Shown here one piece after another: positions 44,413 to 54,130 of a DNA stretch of 64,000 nucleotides (position 1 is the stretch's first letter; each line of letters starts with the position of its first letter). The translations under genes and the position numbers were made by a program. The stretch spans positions 3,711 through 67,710 of the IMG/VR virus record IMGVR_UViG_3300027091_000001; one strand, given 5' to 3'. This DNA comes from a virus. Below the pieces are notes generated by a model. It saw only the letters and a program-made list of their open reading frames with translations, was not told the origin of the DNA and ran no database searches.

Positions 44413-44726
44413 GATTCCTTCTTAGGCTCAATTTTACTATTGAGTTTTGTAATACCCGTTCTATCCAAAATGAGTTCGACTCCCTTGAGTCCAAGCACAC
44501 CTAGTAGAAATGCGAATCCAAGCATATATTTTGCGTCTTTTACATGAAGCATGTCGGCAACGATAGGAGTCAGGTATGTAGCCGATGCAGTACCAGCAAC
44601 GACTGAGCCAAATGATGCCCCCAGATTCTTACTTGAATCCTTGCTTGCCATAATTAATGAACCGACAAACCCTGCAATTGCTTGCCCGATATTTATTCCA
44701 AGTTCTTCGGCTTTCATCTTACACAT
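44409..44726 (-). CDS. holin-like membrane protein
   Basis: AGFVGSL...GTASATYLTP...FAFLLGVLGLKGVE; 2-3 TM. Confidence 0.65.
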   Translation of the reverse strand: MCKMKAEELGINIGQAIAGFVGSLIMASKDSSKNLGASFGSVVAGTASATYLTPIVADMLHVKDAKYMLGFAFLLGVLGLKGVELILDRTGITKLNSKIEPKKES

Positions 44727-45060
44727 CCCTTGTTGTTGAACTAATTGTTACGTATCGCTCAGGTTCATTTTGCGATTGAGCAAGTTCATTTGCCATTTGT
44801 TTCTTTATTGACCCGACGGAGAATACAGGAGTGTCAGAGTCTTGCCTTATAAAGAAGGCTATCAGTGCCGTCATCATTGCTGGAAGACCCGCACGAATGC
44901 CTTCAATCGATGACAAAGTAAGTGATTTCATTATTGAGCCAAACGTAGCCGTATCAGCAATGTGCTGGTCTTTCCACGCTGAATCGAACTCTGGTGCGGC
45001 ACTAGCCATGAATGCACCGATTGCAATAAACAACATTCTTCCGTATGCTACATCTTTCAC
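44719..45060 (-). CDS. membrane protein (holin-like)
   Basis: Hydrophobic N- and C-terminal segments. Confidence 0.55.
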   Translation of the reverse strand: MKDVAYGRMLFIAIGAFMASAAPEFDSAWKDQHIADTATFGSIMKSLTLSSIEGIRAGLPAMMTALIAFFIRQDSDTPVFSVGSIKKQMANELAQSQNEPERYVTISSTTRDV

Positions 45061-45449
45061 AATAGGTCACCGTCCTCATCACTCATGATGTCGCAACTAA
45101 GACTCAGGAGCAATGCGTTGTCACGACCATTGTCAACGCTTTCTACGGAAAAGACACGTCCTTCAATCAATCCACTTGTTACACGGACTCTGTCTCTAGG
45201 AAGTACGTCGGTATCAAGAGGCACACGTATTGTCCAGTTGGAACGGGCTTGCATCACACCGCCCTGAATAGACTCATCGCCTGAGGACTGATTAATGCGG
45301 CACTTGCAATAGGATGAGATACGCCACTCAGTAAGAATCCCACCAACTCCGTCAGAAAGAGGAGAGTTGCGTAGGATATCAGCGGTAGTCGGTAATGCTC
45401 GACGTGCCATCTCAGCACGGATAGGTGTTAGGTGGTCTTCAGGATACAT
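45057..45449 (-). CDS. head closure / head-tail adaptor (SPP1 gp16-like)
   Basis: WTIRVPLDTDVLPRDRVRV...GRVFSVESV. Confidence 0.75.
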   Translation of the reverse strand: MYPEDHLTPIRAEMARRALPTTADILRNSPLSDGVGGILTEWRISSYCKCRINQSSGDESIQGGVMQARSNWTIRVPLDTDVLPRDRVRVTSGLIEGRVFSVESVDNGRDNALLLSLSCDIMSDEDGDLL

Positions 45450-45453
45450 GGCA

Positions 45454-45927
45454 TCAGACTATCTCCATCGGTCTATATCGGCTTGCCGCCTTCATGCACT
45501 GGTCATACAACTGACTCATACGCACATTTACGCTACCGTCTGATGCATCCGTCAACTCAACACAACGCTCCGCCTTCATAAGCCAACCACGCCAAGCGGC
45601 TCGCTTGATGTCATACAGTTCTTTGTATGTAGGCCCTACGTCTAGAAACACAACCCCATTGTCGGTTGTAAGGCTATCCCTACCTAAAGTGTTCCAGTTT
45701 GGTTCTGTAGCACTGGTTGTTCCAGCGTATTTCACCCTATATAAACGACCATTGAATGTAACTGGATATACAAAGTCTCCAATAGTGTAAGCCGTACTGG
45801 CTTCCCATAGCAAACCACGCTGTGACTCATCAACAACGGCAAGGATGTCATCCGTAGACAATTGTGGTTGTCTGTCAGACGCACACATACGTGCGACTTC
45901 AAGGGCGACTTCCTCACGAGTTTTCAT
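45454..45927 (-). CDS. head-tail connector with inserted carbohydrate-binding-like repeat
   Basis: Synteny after capsid; WEASTAYTIGDFVYP...GRLYRV...GTTSATEPNW insert. Confidence 0.65.
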   Translation of the reverse strand: MKTREEVALEVARMCASDRQPQLSTDDILAVVDESQRGLLWEASTAYTIGDFVYPVTFNGRLYRVKYAGTTSATEPNWNTLGRDSLTTDNGVVFLDVGPTYKELYDIKRAAWRGWLMKAERCVELTDASDGSVNVRMSQLYDQCMKAASRYRPMEIV

Positions 45928-46376
45928 TAGGTTACCAATACCTCTCCACCATTTGCTCCACGCAATGTAGCCGTAGATGGAATTTCTTTTGAACGGGACA
46001 AGATGGCAAATGCTGTTACAAATCCACCTGTTACCCCCGAGCCAATTGTAAGCACAAGGTCAAGATAACGCTTGCGTTTTCGCATGTCAATTTGGAACAC
46101 AAAAAACTTGTTGTCGTCTGTAGCAGTAGGGCTAAGCGAAGCAGGCCCGTTAGCACCAGTAATGTCAATGAACCCAGACCCCGATGTATCTGACTCTTGA
46201 ATCTTACAGGATGTTACCGCTACGTCAGTTGCACCAAGGTAGACATAAACTGATGCCCAGTCATACTTCACGCCATTCTGTACTGAGTCAACCTCAGCAG
46301 TAGTAAATGATGCATTATTAATGATTGCGGCAGGCGGGGTAATACTTAGAATCTTTTGGTCGAGGAAAATAATCAT
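45927..46376 (-). CDS. capsid decoration-like protein, paralog B
   Basis: 149 aa; ELD/EVD..QxGVK.D, IDMRKRKRYL shared with paralog A. Confidence 0.6.
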   Translation of the reverse strand: MIIFLDQKILSITPPAAIINNASFTTAEVDSVQNGVKYDWASVYVYLGATDVAVTSCKIQESDTSGSGFIDITGANGPASLSPTATDDNKFFVFQIDMRKRKRYLDLVLTIGSGVTGGFVTAFAILSRSKEIPSTATLRGANGGEVLVT

Positions 46377-46424
46377 TTTTTACCAAAATAGCCCCCTTGC
46401 TTGAAGGGGGCTATTCAAAGGGTG

Positions 46425-46874
46425 CTAAATCAGGAGTTCAGTACCAGTTATGCCACGAGTAGTGGCTGTAGATGGTGCTTCCTTCATTCGGTCAAGTATT
46501 GCCCATGCACAACCAAGAGTTGCGGCAGTAGCAGTACAAACAACCTTGAGATAGCGACGTGTTTTCCGAACATCTACGTTGATGGAGAAGATTTTGCCAT
46601 CATCGGTAGTTGTCGTGACAACACCAAACGTACCACCAGTTCCATTGCCAGTTGCTGGAATGTCTACAAAACCAGAACCGGATACATCGGAATGTTGAAG
46701 TTTGAAGTTGCCAGCGGTGATGTTTCCAGCACCAATTACGCCAAACATATAATAGATGACTGCGTAATCAGTCTTGACACCACTCTGAACCGTATCAAGT
46801 TCAGCGGATGCAAGTGCAGTGCTAGAAATAGGAGCCAGTAGTTTGACTACCTTTTGGTCTAAACCTTGAATCAT
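46425..46874 (-). CDS. capsid decoration-like protein, paralog A
   Basis: 149 aa, directly after major capsid gene. Confidence 0.6.
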   Translation of the reverse strand: MIQGLDQKVVKLLAPISSTALASAELDTVQSGVKTDYAVIYYMFGVIGAGNITAGNFKLQHSDVSGSGFVDIPATGNGTGGTFGVVTTTTDDGKIFSINVDVRKTRRYLKVVCTATAATLGCAWAILDRMKEAPSTATTRGITGTELLI

Positions 46875-46923
46875 GTTTGTTCTCCAGTGGGAGGTAATTT
46901 CTTACCTCCCACAAAGTTAATCA

Positions 46924-48306
46924 CTACGAGGATGCAGTGATGAGTCCGACGACTGGGCCCGGGGCACGAAGTGCCGCTGTAGCGGAAGCGTTTCCAACGT
47001 CATGAACGTTGATATCAAAACGCTGTGTTCCACGAAGCGTAAGTTCGTCCGTCGTAAAAGCGGCGTGTTCAGATAGTGCAAGAGTGACATCACGTCGGTC
47101 ACCAAGCATGGAACCCATGCGTAGGTCACCGAGAAGTGCTGTGACTTGGCTAACGGCACTATCCTTTGGAAGAACCTGTGCAAACTCCACTGGATAACCA
47201 AGGAAGTATTGACGAGCAATTCCATTGATGATTTCGACGCTAGAAGTCCCCGCCGTACCTTCAGCCAATTTCACCATGACTTCATGATAGAAAGAACGGT
47301 GTACAAACCATTTAGCATTTGGGGTGTCGGCATACTGTGGAAGACGACCAACTAACTTACGGAAGTCAGCGAGCGTAATCGAGGCGAATGACGACGCATA
47401 ACCACTACCAGTACTGACTACAAGACCAGCAATGTTGGCGATTGTTGCGTCAAGACCCTTCATCTTCTCACGGAATCCAACGATTCCACCGAAAGTAGAA
47501 GAGCCATCACCGTTGAAACCAGCACCGTCCTCAGCGAGGGCGAATGCATATGCGATTTCGTCAGCAACTGTGGATGCAAGGTCGATTGCACTGTCTTCGT
47601 TCAGTTCGACAGACAACTTCGCCAATGCCGCCAACTTCTTGGCAATCAGGCGAACTCTGTCCCACTGGAGTTCGGACTCAGTTACTGTGGATGCTTCACC
47701 AACGTAGTACGCAGTCAAGCCACCCTTACGGCGTGGACGGGTCTGAGTATCGGATGACATTGGAGTAACACGGGAGTTACGGCGGAAAACACCATACTGC
47801 TCACGAAGGTCGATGAGGTCGGAGAGGAACTCTTCAGGTACGAGGAATCCACCAGCCTCATTCTCGTTCTCGACGTGACCCTTGATTTCAATGCCACGCT
47901 CTTTGCACCAGCGTTGTGCCTTACCTTGACCAGCAGGCCCGGCAAGGAACCACATACCAAAGCGGTATGCCTTCAATGCTCGCTCAGATTTCGTTTCACC
48001 TTGGAAAGGGCCGGTCTTCTGAACAGCGGACAAAGATGCCGCCTTTATTGCGTCCGTTCTGTCGTAGTTCTTGACAGCAGGAGCCTCTTCGACTTCCTTT
48101 ACCTCAGGATAAGGGAGTGCGTTGTCTGTTGCTTGACCAGCAAGAGCCTTGAGTGACTTGATGCGAGTAATAAGAGTCTCGTTCGTTGCAATCAATTCTT
48201 GTGCGTCATCCATCGAGAGATTCGGGTCACCAAGGATTCCCTCGGCTACCTTCTTGTTCTCCACAATTTGTACTTCATAATTGCGGATTCGTGCATTAAT
48301 ATCCAT
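46924..48306 (-). CDS. major capsid protein (HK97 fold)
   Basis: N-terminal coiled delta domain; AGGFLVPEEF, AYYVGEA, KKLAALAKLSVELNEDS, FLGYPV, LLGDL. Confidence 0.95.
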   Translation of the reverse strand: MDINARIRNYEVQIVENKKVAEGILGDPNLSMDDAQELIATNETLITRIKSLKALAGQATDNALPYPEVKEVEEAPAVKNYDRTDAIKAASLSAVQKTGPFQGETKSERALKAYRFGMWFLAGPAGQGKAQRWCKERGIEIKGHVENENEAGGFLVPEEFLSDLIDLREQYGVFRRNSRVTPMSSDTQTRPRRKGGLTAYYVGEASTVTESELQWDRVRLIAKKLAALAKLSVELNEDSAIDLASTVADEIAYAFALAEDGAGFNGDGSSTFGGIVGFREKMKGLDATIANIAGLVVSTGSGYASSFASITLADFRKLVGRLPQYADTPNAKWFVHRSFYHEVMVKLAEGTAGTSSVEIINGIARQYFLGYPVEFAQVLPKDSAVSQVTALLGDLRMGSMLGDRRDVTLALSEHAAFTTDELTLRGTQRFDINVHDVGNASATAALRAPGPVVGLITASS

Positions 48307-48311
48307 CTTTA

Positions 48312-50453
48312 TTAACCTTCCTGTGATGCGAGTTGCTGGAGCATCAACTGACGCATAAGTGTGTCACGCTTTGCTCCTGAAACAGCCTTTGCTTCTTCTG
48401 ACAATTCTTCTCCGTCTACAGAGGTGTCATCGTCTTCATCAGCATCCGTATCGAGTTCAGTGACTGACTTAGCCTCTTCAACTGAAGTGGCTTCATCAAT
48501 AGATGTCTCAGCAACAGGCGTAGCAACCTGTTTTCTACGGGGTTTCTTTACAGACTGCTCGGACGTTAGTTCCGTGGCATCCTGTACTACTGGCTCTTCT
48601 ACTTGCGGAGCATCTTCCCAGATGATTGCTTTCGATTCGCTTGCGACCTCATCGGTCAGTTCGGCAACCCCTGCATCGCACAGGGCTTTCCAACCATGAG
48701 AAGCAACAGTTTTTGCTTCTCGTCTTGAGAGTCCGAATGCATCACGCACACGTTTCTCAAATTCACTTACCGTCAAAGGCTTCGACTTATTAAAAGTCGT
48801 TGGAATTGACTGAACTTCGTTTAGTGGGCGAAAACGCTCTGATAAGAATGACTTACCAGCGGCATTGAACATATCCCACTCTTTCATTAATTTACCATGA
48901 TACGAGTCGTATGCATCCCCGTCTTCACCTTCAGACATAGCCTGAATCATGTCATAGTACGCTTGCATCAGATGGCTAAGGATGGTGGATAAAACCTGTG
49001 GATTAACTTCCATATCAGGCTTCTCACGCATCATGTCGCCAACTACTTCTTCTGACTCATTACGCAATCGTGCCATCGGCATTGGAGCCGTAGGCATTTG
49101 ATAGTCATCATTCTTATGTGCCATCCCACAAGATGGACAGAACGACATACCCTTATGCATAGCACTGCCACACATCTTGCACGAAGAGAACGGAGACTGC
49201 ATTGCTTGTGAATAGTCAGGCATGTAACCTTGCATCTCAGGTCTTTGATAAGACATACGGCGACGCATCATCTCATCTTCTGACATAGGAGTGTTTGAAC
49301 GTCCGTAGCCAATCATTGGAACAGTTTGCATATATCCTTGAGGAGCAAACGGCTCACTCATGTTTTGTATTGCTGAATACTGAGTTGATGGAGACATGAT
49401 TGGCATATAGCCTTGGACGGCAGGATATGCGGTCGTATTAGGCATCACGGGCATATAGCCCTGCATCGAATCTTCTCGTGGAACCATATAACGACGACGC
49501 ATCATTTCTTCCTCCGACATAGGAACATTATTCCTCATTGTATTCATTCCTTGCACCTCCGCACGTTGGGGGAATGCATAAGTGTACGACTTTGGACGCA
49601 CAAGAGCCACTGAAGGGTTTGATTGCACAATAATAGAAGGCTTTTGCATTTCCATACCATAAAAATTGCCTTTAATAGGTTCGTCGATTTTTGCTAATGT
49701 GTCTCCACGATGCGTTACTTGTACATCCCCTAGTATGTACGAGCCATCACTTTGTTTCTCAAACAACCGTATTTTATAAACAGGCTCACTTGATGTCCCA
49801 ACCATAGGTTTGCCATTAGGGCTCGGTGTAAGTGTGCCGCTACTTGACATTGCAACAATTTGACCTTGAGCAAGCCCACCAGAAGAATTCCATTGAACAT
49901 AGTCATTAATCTTGAATTGTGCTTTAGTATTACTAAAGCCCATATTAATCATATCTTTTAACGACTTCGTATTAGCCATGTTTCTAGGTTCGGCTGGCTT
50001 AGGGGTAAGGCTTGTCTCAGCAATATTCCATCTAATGATTTGACTTGCATTCCCGACACTTTTCCTCTCAACGAGGTGACTTGCCGCTCCGCTTGAAAAC
50101 CCCAACCGACCTTCTTGCCCAAGTTTTGCAATCATCATGCGATATTCATTACTAATTTCAATCTGACCCTCGTACCAGAGACCAGCGTCTTTTACGACGA
50201 TTCTTCCAGTACCAACAGTTCCCTTACCAACAACTTCATCCATGCCGTGAGCATAGTAAAGATTCATCTTGAAGGAGTCGCCAATGTTTGTTGGTCGTCC
50301 AAAATCACATGATTGAGTAAAGAAGTCACCATCCAAGTCCGTTCCACCGAACCGAATTAGGTAACCACTGACTTTCCCACTCGACGTGACTTTGACCTCA
50401 TCACCGAATGTAACCAGTAAGTCTTTCATTGTCTTAGTTCCGTTTTTATCCAA
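48312..50453 (-). CDS. prohead protease with Tudor-like domain and long low-complexity region
   Basis: VSGYLIRFG..DLDGDFF, YAHG, GFSSGA, ETSLTPKPAEPR; VQWNSSGG.AQGQI domain; Met-rich repeats. Confidence 0.85.
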   Translation of the reverse strand: MDKNGTKTMKDLLVTFGDEVKVTSSGKVSGYLIRFGGTDLDGDFFTQSCDFGRPTNIGDSFKMNLYYAHGMDEVVGKGTVGTGRIVVKDAGLWYEGQIEISNEYRMMIAKLGQEGRLGFSSGAASHLVERKSVGNASQIIRWNIAETSLTPKPAEPRNMANTKSLKDMINMGFSNTKAQFKINDYVQWNSSGGLAQGQIVAMSSSGTLTPSPNGKPMVGTSSEPVYKIRLFEKQSDGSYILGDVQVTHRGDTLAKIDEPIKGNFYGMEMQKPSIIVQSNPSVALVRPKSYTYAFPQRAEVQGMNTMRNNVPMSEEEMMRRRYMVPREDSMQGYMPVMPNTTAYPAVQGYMPIMSPSTQYSAIQNMSEPFAPQGYMQTVPMIGYGRSNTPMSEDEMMRRRMSYQRPEMQGYMPDYSQAMQSPFSSCKMCGSAMHKGMSFCPSCGMAHKNDDYQMPTAPMPMARLRNESEEVVGDMMREKPDMEVNPQVLSTILSHLMQAYYDMIQAMSEGEDGDAYDSYHGKLMKEWDMFNAAGKSFLSERFRPLNEVQSIPTTFNKSKPLTVSEFEKRVRDAFGLSRREAKTVASHGWKALCDAGVAELTDEVASESKAIIWEDAPQVEEPVVQDATELTSEQSVKKPRRKQVATPVAETSIDEATSVEEAKSVTELDTDADEDDDTSVDGEELSEEAKAVSGAKRDTLMRQLMLQQLASQEG

Positions 50454-50529
50454 TGCTTCATCCTGTGTACCGTAAGGACTTGGACGGCACGAATCCGTCT
50501 CACTTACATTACGTCGTTTTTTTTCGTTG

Positions 50530-53214
50530 TCAACTTGACACTACAAGTTCGTTTAATGGTATCAAACGAGCAACATTGCCCCATGTGTCATCCATATACG
50601 TCGTGGCAAACGATGATAAGGGTGTGCCGCTTTCCCAGAACTCGTATCGAGTCTTTCCTAGTGTACTCTTGCGTTCGTCTGGGCTTAATCCCATGAACAG
50701 TTGCTCGGATGTCGGGATGTCAGCATCAACACTTCCATCGACGACTGGTACGGTTACACAGCGGCAACGAGGATGGACGTGAGGATGTTGAGTTACAGGA
50801 GACACAACACCATGTAACCCCCAACAAATAGCACTCGTTTTCACATCAGCCGAACATACTCGTCTGTAACCAATGAGGTTGTCCTTGTTCTTGGCGTAAG
50901 CAACCATTGCTCCCGCTCGTGAAGCATGAAGCATCTCGTTACGAATAATGTTCTCATACTGATTAAACGCATTCATACGGATGCCATTAAGGACAGCCAG
51001 TACGTAGGCTTGGTCTGATGTTTCTAGTGCGTCATTAATATTTTTCTTGAATGTGGATGACACTACATTAATCATTGACGCTATTGACTCGCCATTAGAT
51101 GCAATTCCAGACAGGTCACTGATGTCATAACTGTCAACATTGACCCACTGCGTATCTGGGTTTTGCAACAAAGCCATATCCTTGACTTCCTCGGATGATG
51201 TTTCAGCCACAGCAAATTGACCACCTTCAGTCAACTCAATTACATTTTCAGTGAACGCCTCAAGTGCCGCTATATGCTTCTTGCACAATGATGTCGCTTG
51301 ACTCTTTGTCATCCCGTCGGTCAACTCTAACGCCATCTTTTGACTTGAAGATAATAACTTACTCCACGTTTTTTGTGCGGACTCTATTACGGCTTGTTCT
51401 TGACGCAAGACATCCCGCTGAAGTTGCCTTGCACTGGAATAAAGAGGTGAGTGGAAAGACTTTGCGGCAATGCTGTCATTGGACGAAAGCACGTCTTCAG
51501 ACCTTTTTGCTAGAATGCGATTACGCATCCGCTTTGCCCACGAAAAACCTTCGTCCCCACCCCATGCGTCCCATGCTACTCGCCCCTTGGATGGGAATCC
51601 TTCTTCACCCTCATTGAAGCCTTCAGCCCTTTTATCAACCTCGTGCCTAGAGAAGAATGAGTACATACGCATGACAGTATCACTGGAAAGGTTCTCTCGA
51701 TTGACGAGTTGATTAGCCCTTGCCCAACCTACTCTTGTAGCACCCGGATTACCTTTTTCTCGCCAAGCAATTGCACGACGAGCGGCACTAGCCATTGCTG
51801 AGGTTGGAATGAATGTGTCAACAGAGCGAATCTCATACTGAACAAGTTTTATCTCTTCGTTAATTTCAAATTCGTCACTTTTGACCTCGACTGATTTGAT
51901 TGGAACCACGGCTGGCATAATGCCACCGACCATACCAATGCCCTTAGCATGGAACACTTCAGCATCCTGAGGTTGAACTAGTTCGCCAACAATCTTCCTT
52001 GCTTCAGCACGGTCAACAATGCCGCTTTCGTATAGTGATGTAGAACGAGCCACCTTAGTTGTATTGTCTTCATCAAGTGCGTTTACATTAGCATTGTCAA
52101 ACGCAACAACATCACCTTCCTGAATGTCAGTAAATAGAGGTAATATTTTCAAGGTTAGTACATCAGCAATCTGTTGCTGAAGAGGAACCATCCCATCTTC
52201 CCAAGCCGCTTTTCGAGCCTCAGCGTAGTTTGAGTAGGTGTTACGCTCAAGCCCAGCACCAAGGCTGAGAACCATACAGTTCAATCCAAGAGCGGCACTG
52301 ATTCTTTCTTCTGGCTTACGACGCAAACCATCGAGGTTCATCTCAGCGGGGCTCATAGATAGCCGACTCACGGTGTATGGAGCGGTCATCACCGCTATGC
52401 CACCAGCGTAATCAGACGTAAAGTCCTCGGACAACTTTTCCTTCATGGCACGAGCGTCATCAACTGACATCTCAACCATGTCGCCGGGAGAAGGCCCGAC
52501 TAGCAATGATGGCATTGCGTTATTTCGAACAAGTGCAAACGCAGTTGTTGAAGATTGGTTGTCAGTAGAAATCTCTTTTAGTACAGCACTAAGTTGAGTA
52601 CGCCCGAGACGGATATCTTTTGGGTCACGAAGGTAAGCCCAATGAATGATTTCTTCAGACGGAATAATGAAGCGTCGCCCATCAACCGTGTAGACAAAGT
52701 TCTCGGTGGTTGTAGTCTGATTACCCTCAGGTGAAACCATATCTGCCGGAAGATACTGGAGGTAATACTTTTGCTCACCATCTTTAGCACCCCTAATAGG
52801 CATGATGCGAGCGTAGGCATTACCAAGAATCTTGTAGTCCTGAATAATCCAGCCCCACCATCGACTTGCCGGAATGTTCGGGTATGGGTTTTTAATGACG
52901 TTCAAGCACGGATGCTCGTCAATAATCTCATACTTATCAGCACTCGTGTTTGGTGTGTTACGCCGGATGACTGGCTTTGACAGACCCCAGTTTCGAACAT
53001 ACCAGTCGATACCAATAGCAACAATTCCGTTTAAACCAAGGTCACCAGATTCTTTTGCCCAGTCACGATTAGAACTTGGGAGACGTGTCGTAATTAGACT
53101 TGTCAGTTTGCCGCTTCCATACCTTGCTACGACCCGATTCTGACGGGATAGCGGAAGTTCTCCCGCTGGGGCACTTTGCTTGAAGAACCCCTTCATCCGT
53201 TCCCAGATTGCCAT
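50530..53214 (-). CDS. portal protein fused to MuF-like head morphogenesis domain
   Basis: HK97-type portal N-half (GNAYARI, EEIIHW, NNAMPS); C-terminal C..C.GLHG...PHVHPRCRC MuF motif. Confidence 0.9.
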   Translation of the reverse strand: MAIWERMKGFFKQSAPAGELPLSRQNRVVARYGSGKLTSLITTRLPSSNRDWAKESGDLGLNGIVAIGIDWYVRNWGLSKPVIRRNTPNTSADKYEIIDEHPCLNVIKNPYPNIPASRWWGWIIQDYKILGNAYARIMPIRGAKDGEQKYYLQYLPADMVSPEGNQTTTTENFVYTVDGRRFIIPSEEIIHWAYLRDPKDIRLGRTQLSAVLKEISTDNQSSTTAFALVRNNAMPSLLVGPSPGDMVEMSVDDARAMKEKLSEDFTSDYAGGIAVMTAPYTVSRLSMSPAEMNLDGLRRKPEERISAALGLNCMVLSLGAGLERNTYSNYAEARKAAWEDGMVPLQQQIADVLTLKILPLFTDIQEGDVVAFDNANVNALDEDNTTKVARSTSLYESGIVDRAEARKIVGELVQPQDAEVFHAKGIGMVGGIMPAVVPIKSVEVKSDEFEINEEIKLVQYEIRSVDTFIPTSAMASAARRAIAWREKGNPGATRVGWARANQLVNRENLSSDTVMRMYSFFSRHEVDKRAEGFNEGEEGFPSKGRVAWDAWGGDEGFSWAKRMRNRILAKRSEDVLSSNDSIAAKSFHSPLYSSARQLQRDVLRQEQAVIESAQKTWSKLLSSSQKMALELTDGMTKSQATSLCKKHIAALEAFTENVIELTEGGQFAVAETSSEEVKDMALLQNPDTQWVNVDSYDISDLSGIASNGESIASMINVVSSTFKKNINDALETSDQAYVLAVLNGIRMNAFNQYENIIRNEMLHASRAGAMVAYAKNKDNLIGYRRVCSADVKTSAICWGLHGVVSPVTQHPHVHPRCRCVTVPVVDGSVDADIPTSEQLFMGLSPDERKSTLGKTRYEFWESGTPLSSFATTYMDDTWGNVARLIPLNELVVSS

Positions 53215-53216
53215 TT

Positions 53217-53441
53217 CTATCCCTCAATGAATTTCGTGACGTTTTTATCAGCCCACACAACATCATTTGTGTTTCTAGCCCTGATAAACATCACGTTACC
53301 ATCAGCCCCCACGAACTCAAGCCCATAGCCCTTGCCAAAACTGTAAGCGAGTCCCTTGAAGTCACACTCCGTGCCACAAGGCAACGTTGCTTTGAGACTC
53401 ACCTTCTCATCCAATAGTTGTTGGTATTTAACGATATTCAT
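53217..53441 (-). CDS. hypothetical protein
   Basis: Likely start MNIVKY (TATAGT-6-ATG). Confidence 0.6.
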   Translation of the reverse strand: MNIVKYQQLLDEKVSLKATLPCGTECDFKGLAYSFGKGYGLEFVGADGNVMFIRARNTNDVVWADKNVTKFIEG

Positions 53442-53557
53442 GCTTGTACTATATGCAAGCAACGACATATACGCCACAGAATAACCACTATAATTAGTAA
53501 ATCAAGTATCTAGCCCTTCCGTACATGAAAGTGGCTGTAAGAGCCTTGTGAAGGCTC

Positions 53558-53725
53558 TTAGTCTATATATTGAGCATTAGCCTCGATGGCGTGTGCGTTT
53601 TTCACAACCGAGTTTGCCTTTTCAGTTTCATAATCAAGTGCAATCTGAGTTGAATCAACCAACATCCACACGAATCCTACGATAAGTAGGATTCGCCCTA
53701 TCAACTGAAGTGGGCTAACCTTCAT
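53558..53725 (-). CDS. small single-TM protein
   Basis: Likely start MKVSPLQ; hydrophobic segment. Confidence 0.6.
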   Translation of the reverse strand: MKVSPLQLIGRILLIVGFVWMLVDSTQIALDYETEKANSVVKNAHAIEANAQYID

Positions 53726-53726
53726 G

Positions 53727-53873
53727 TTACCCACCTTGACCCTTCCGGGTATAAGCCTTACGGCTTTTGAATACCGTGGGTCTCGCCCACGGACGCTCCG
53801 ACGCTGGGATGCGGTTTTTGACCGACTTGCGGGCTTTTGCCATTTCCCGCTCACTGATTACGATTGTTTTCAT
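53727..53873 (-). CDS. 48-aa basic peptide (not in ORF track)
   Basis: MKTIVISEREMAKARKSVKNRIPASERPWARPTVFKSRKAYTRKGQGG; GAAGAGG RBS and island promoter. Confidence 0.75.
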   Translation of the reverse strand: MKTIVISEREMAKARKSVKNRIPASERPWARPTVFKSRKAYTRKGQGG

Positions 53874-53888
53874 TTTGTTTCCTCTTCA

Positions 53889-53933
53889 AACTTGATTACT
53901 TAGATTATTGCATACTTTACAACGATTTGTCAA
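53889..53933 (-). promoter_or_regulatory. island promoter (TCAAGTT class)
   Basis: TTGACA-18-AATAAT-8-TCAAGTT. Confidence 0.8.
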
Positions 53934-53968
53934 CCCCTTTGTAAAGTATATTTTATCTACCCTTCCGT

Positions 53969-54118
53969 TCACTTCTTTAGCCCCTTCATGAAGTCACGCA
54001 CATCTACAACCTTCGCCGGTTTACCCGGGAGACCCAACTCACGCTGAGCCTCACGGCTGTACAAACTCTTCTCAGCGTCTTGCATCCGCTTTATCTGTTC
54101 AGGTGTCATTGTGTTCAT
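53969..54118 (-). CDS. 49-aa hypothetical peptide (not in ORF track)
   Basis: MNTMTPEQIKRMQDAEKSLYSREAQRELGLPGKPAKVVDVRDFMKGLKK; AAGGAGG RBS. Confidence 0.7.
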   Translation of the reverse strand: MNTMTPEQIKRMQDAEKSLYSREAQRELGLPGKPAKVVDVRDFMKGLKK

Positions 54119-54130
54119 TTTGTTTCCTCC

